DNA from: an uncultured archaeon
GTDB taxonomy: Archaea > Thermoproteota > Bathyarchaeia > Bathyarchaeales > Bathycorpusculaceae
Length of the DNA: 64,000 nucleotides
Direction of reading: 5' to 3'
Assembly: GCA_963782915.1 (NCBI GenBank)
Contig: CAWALK010000022.1
Span: 32,001-96,000 of the forward strand
Part shown: positions 63,255 through 64,000 of the stretch, in pieces
Numbering within the stretch: position 1 is the stretch's first letter
How the letters are laid out: each line of letters begins with the position of its first letter
Made by a program: the position numbers and the translations under genes
The notes under the pieces: model-generated
What the model was told of the DNA's origin: nothing
The model's input: the letters and a program-made list of their open reading frames with translations, nothing else
The model's database searches: none

Positions 63255-63480
63255 CTTCAGCCCTCATTTCGTCTAGCCACTTTTTTACTTCTTCAACACT
63301 GGCTTTTCCTGCGCTGCTTCCTATTAAATCGAGAAAACTGGGCTGTTTTTTTATCACTATCTTGCCATCTTCTTCGACGATTTGGACTTTTGAGTTTTCT
63401 TCTATTTTGTATTTTCTTCTAAGCTTAACTGGTATTGTGACTTGACCTTTTCGAGTAACCATTACTTCATCTGCAGTCAT
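63244..63480 (-). CDS. vapB: AbrB/MazE-type antitoxin
   Basis: VTRKGQVTIPVKLRRKY; overlaps the PIN gene. Confidence 0.9.
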   Translation of the reverse strand: MTADEVMVTRKGQVTIPVKLRRKYKIEENSKVQIVEEDGKIVIKKQPSFLDLIGSSAGKASVEEVKKWLDEMRAEDDE

Positions 63481-63609
63481 ACTTACTTCGAAGTACTACT
63501 ATTTGACAAGTATTACTTAAGGTTTAATGGATAAAAAAACTGTTTCATTTTTGTTTCAGTCAACATCCAAACCAGCCGCAGCCCATAGGCTAAGTTGAGG
63601 TAAAATGAA

Positions 63610-63977
63610 ATGCAAACAAAAATTGTCCTCGCAATAGTCGCAGTCGCTCTTGTGGCGGCAGCGTTAGTCGGCGTCACCGCCGCACAATTAGTCAACACCC
63701 AAACCCCAATCATAACGGTTGGACCAAACGGTCAAGTTCTCCCGCCATGCGTAACCGCCAACAACGGCGTAGTTCCTCCATACTGCATCAATGGCACAAC
63801 AGGTCAACCATACTGCTATGCTAACAGCACAGGCGTCTACTGCAATAATGGGATAGGAGCAGGCATTTGCCAAAACGGTGGCTGCTATGGTTATGCCGCT
63901 CAAAACCAGAATAGCCCAATATGGCGCTGGCATGATGGGCAAGCGGTTACGGTTATGGTATGGGGCGCTGCCGATAA
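63610..63977 (+). CDS. Small secreted Cys/Gly-rich protein, probably frameshifted near its 3' end
   Basis: Manual translation MQTKIVLAIVAVALVAAALVGVTAAQ...PPC..PPYC..PYC..YC..IC..GC; an alternative frame ends YGMGRCR-stop. Confidence 0.6.
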
Positions 63978-64000
63978 ACGACATAAAGTTCTTTTCTTTT

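Overview
Archaeal chromosomal segment, most consistent with a TACK archaeon such as Bathyarchaeia. This is inferred from S26e, S28e, L24e, L40e, L7Ae, S17e, the Gar1-TFB pair, an archaeal histone, two Alba paralogs, an H4MPT-dependent dehydrogenase and secreted Ig/NosD proteins. Contents: a six-gene DAP lysine operon; ribosomal and transcription genes; AspRS; secreted proteins with C-terminal anchors; a compositionally distinct two-gene island (S8 protease plus PD-(D/E)XK nuclease); an ~11 kb glycosylation cluster; an IscS-like/IscU/SufS cluster; Hel308; purB; a VapBC pair. Many genes, including conserved housekeeping ones, carry small indel frameshifts, most likely long-read consensus errors. 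The feature least explained by gene annotation is a ~1.3 kb region with no credible ORF (46390-47800). It holds nested long-range helices and two 240-nt-spaced units whose loops are conserved while their stems change sequence yet still pair, making it a candidate novel large structured ncRNA. All calls come from reading motifs by eye; no database searches or folding programs were run.
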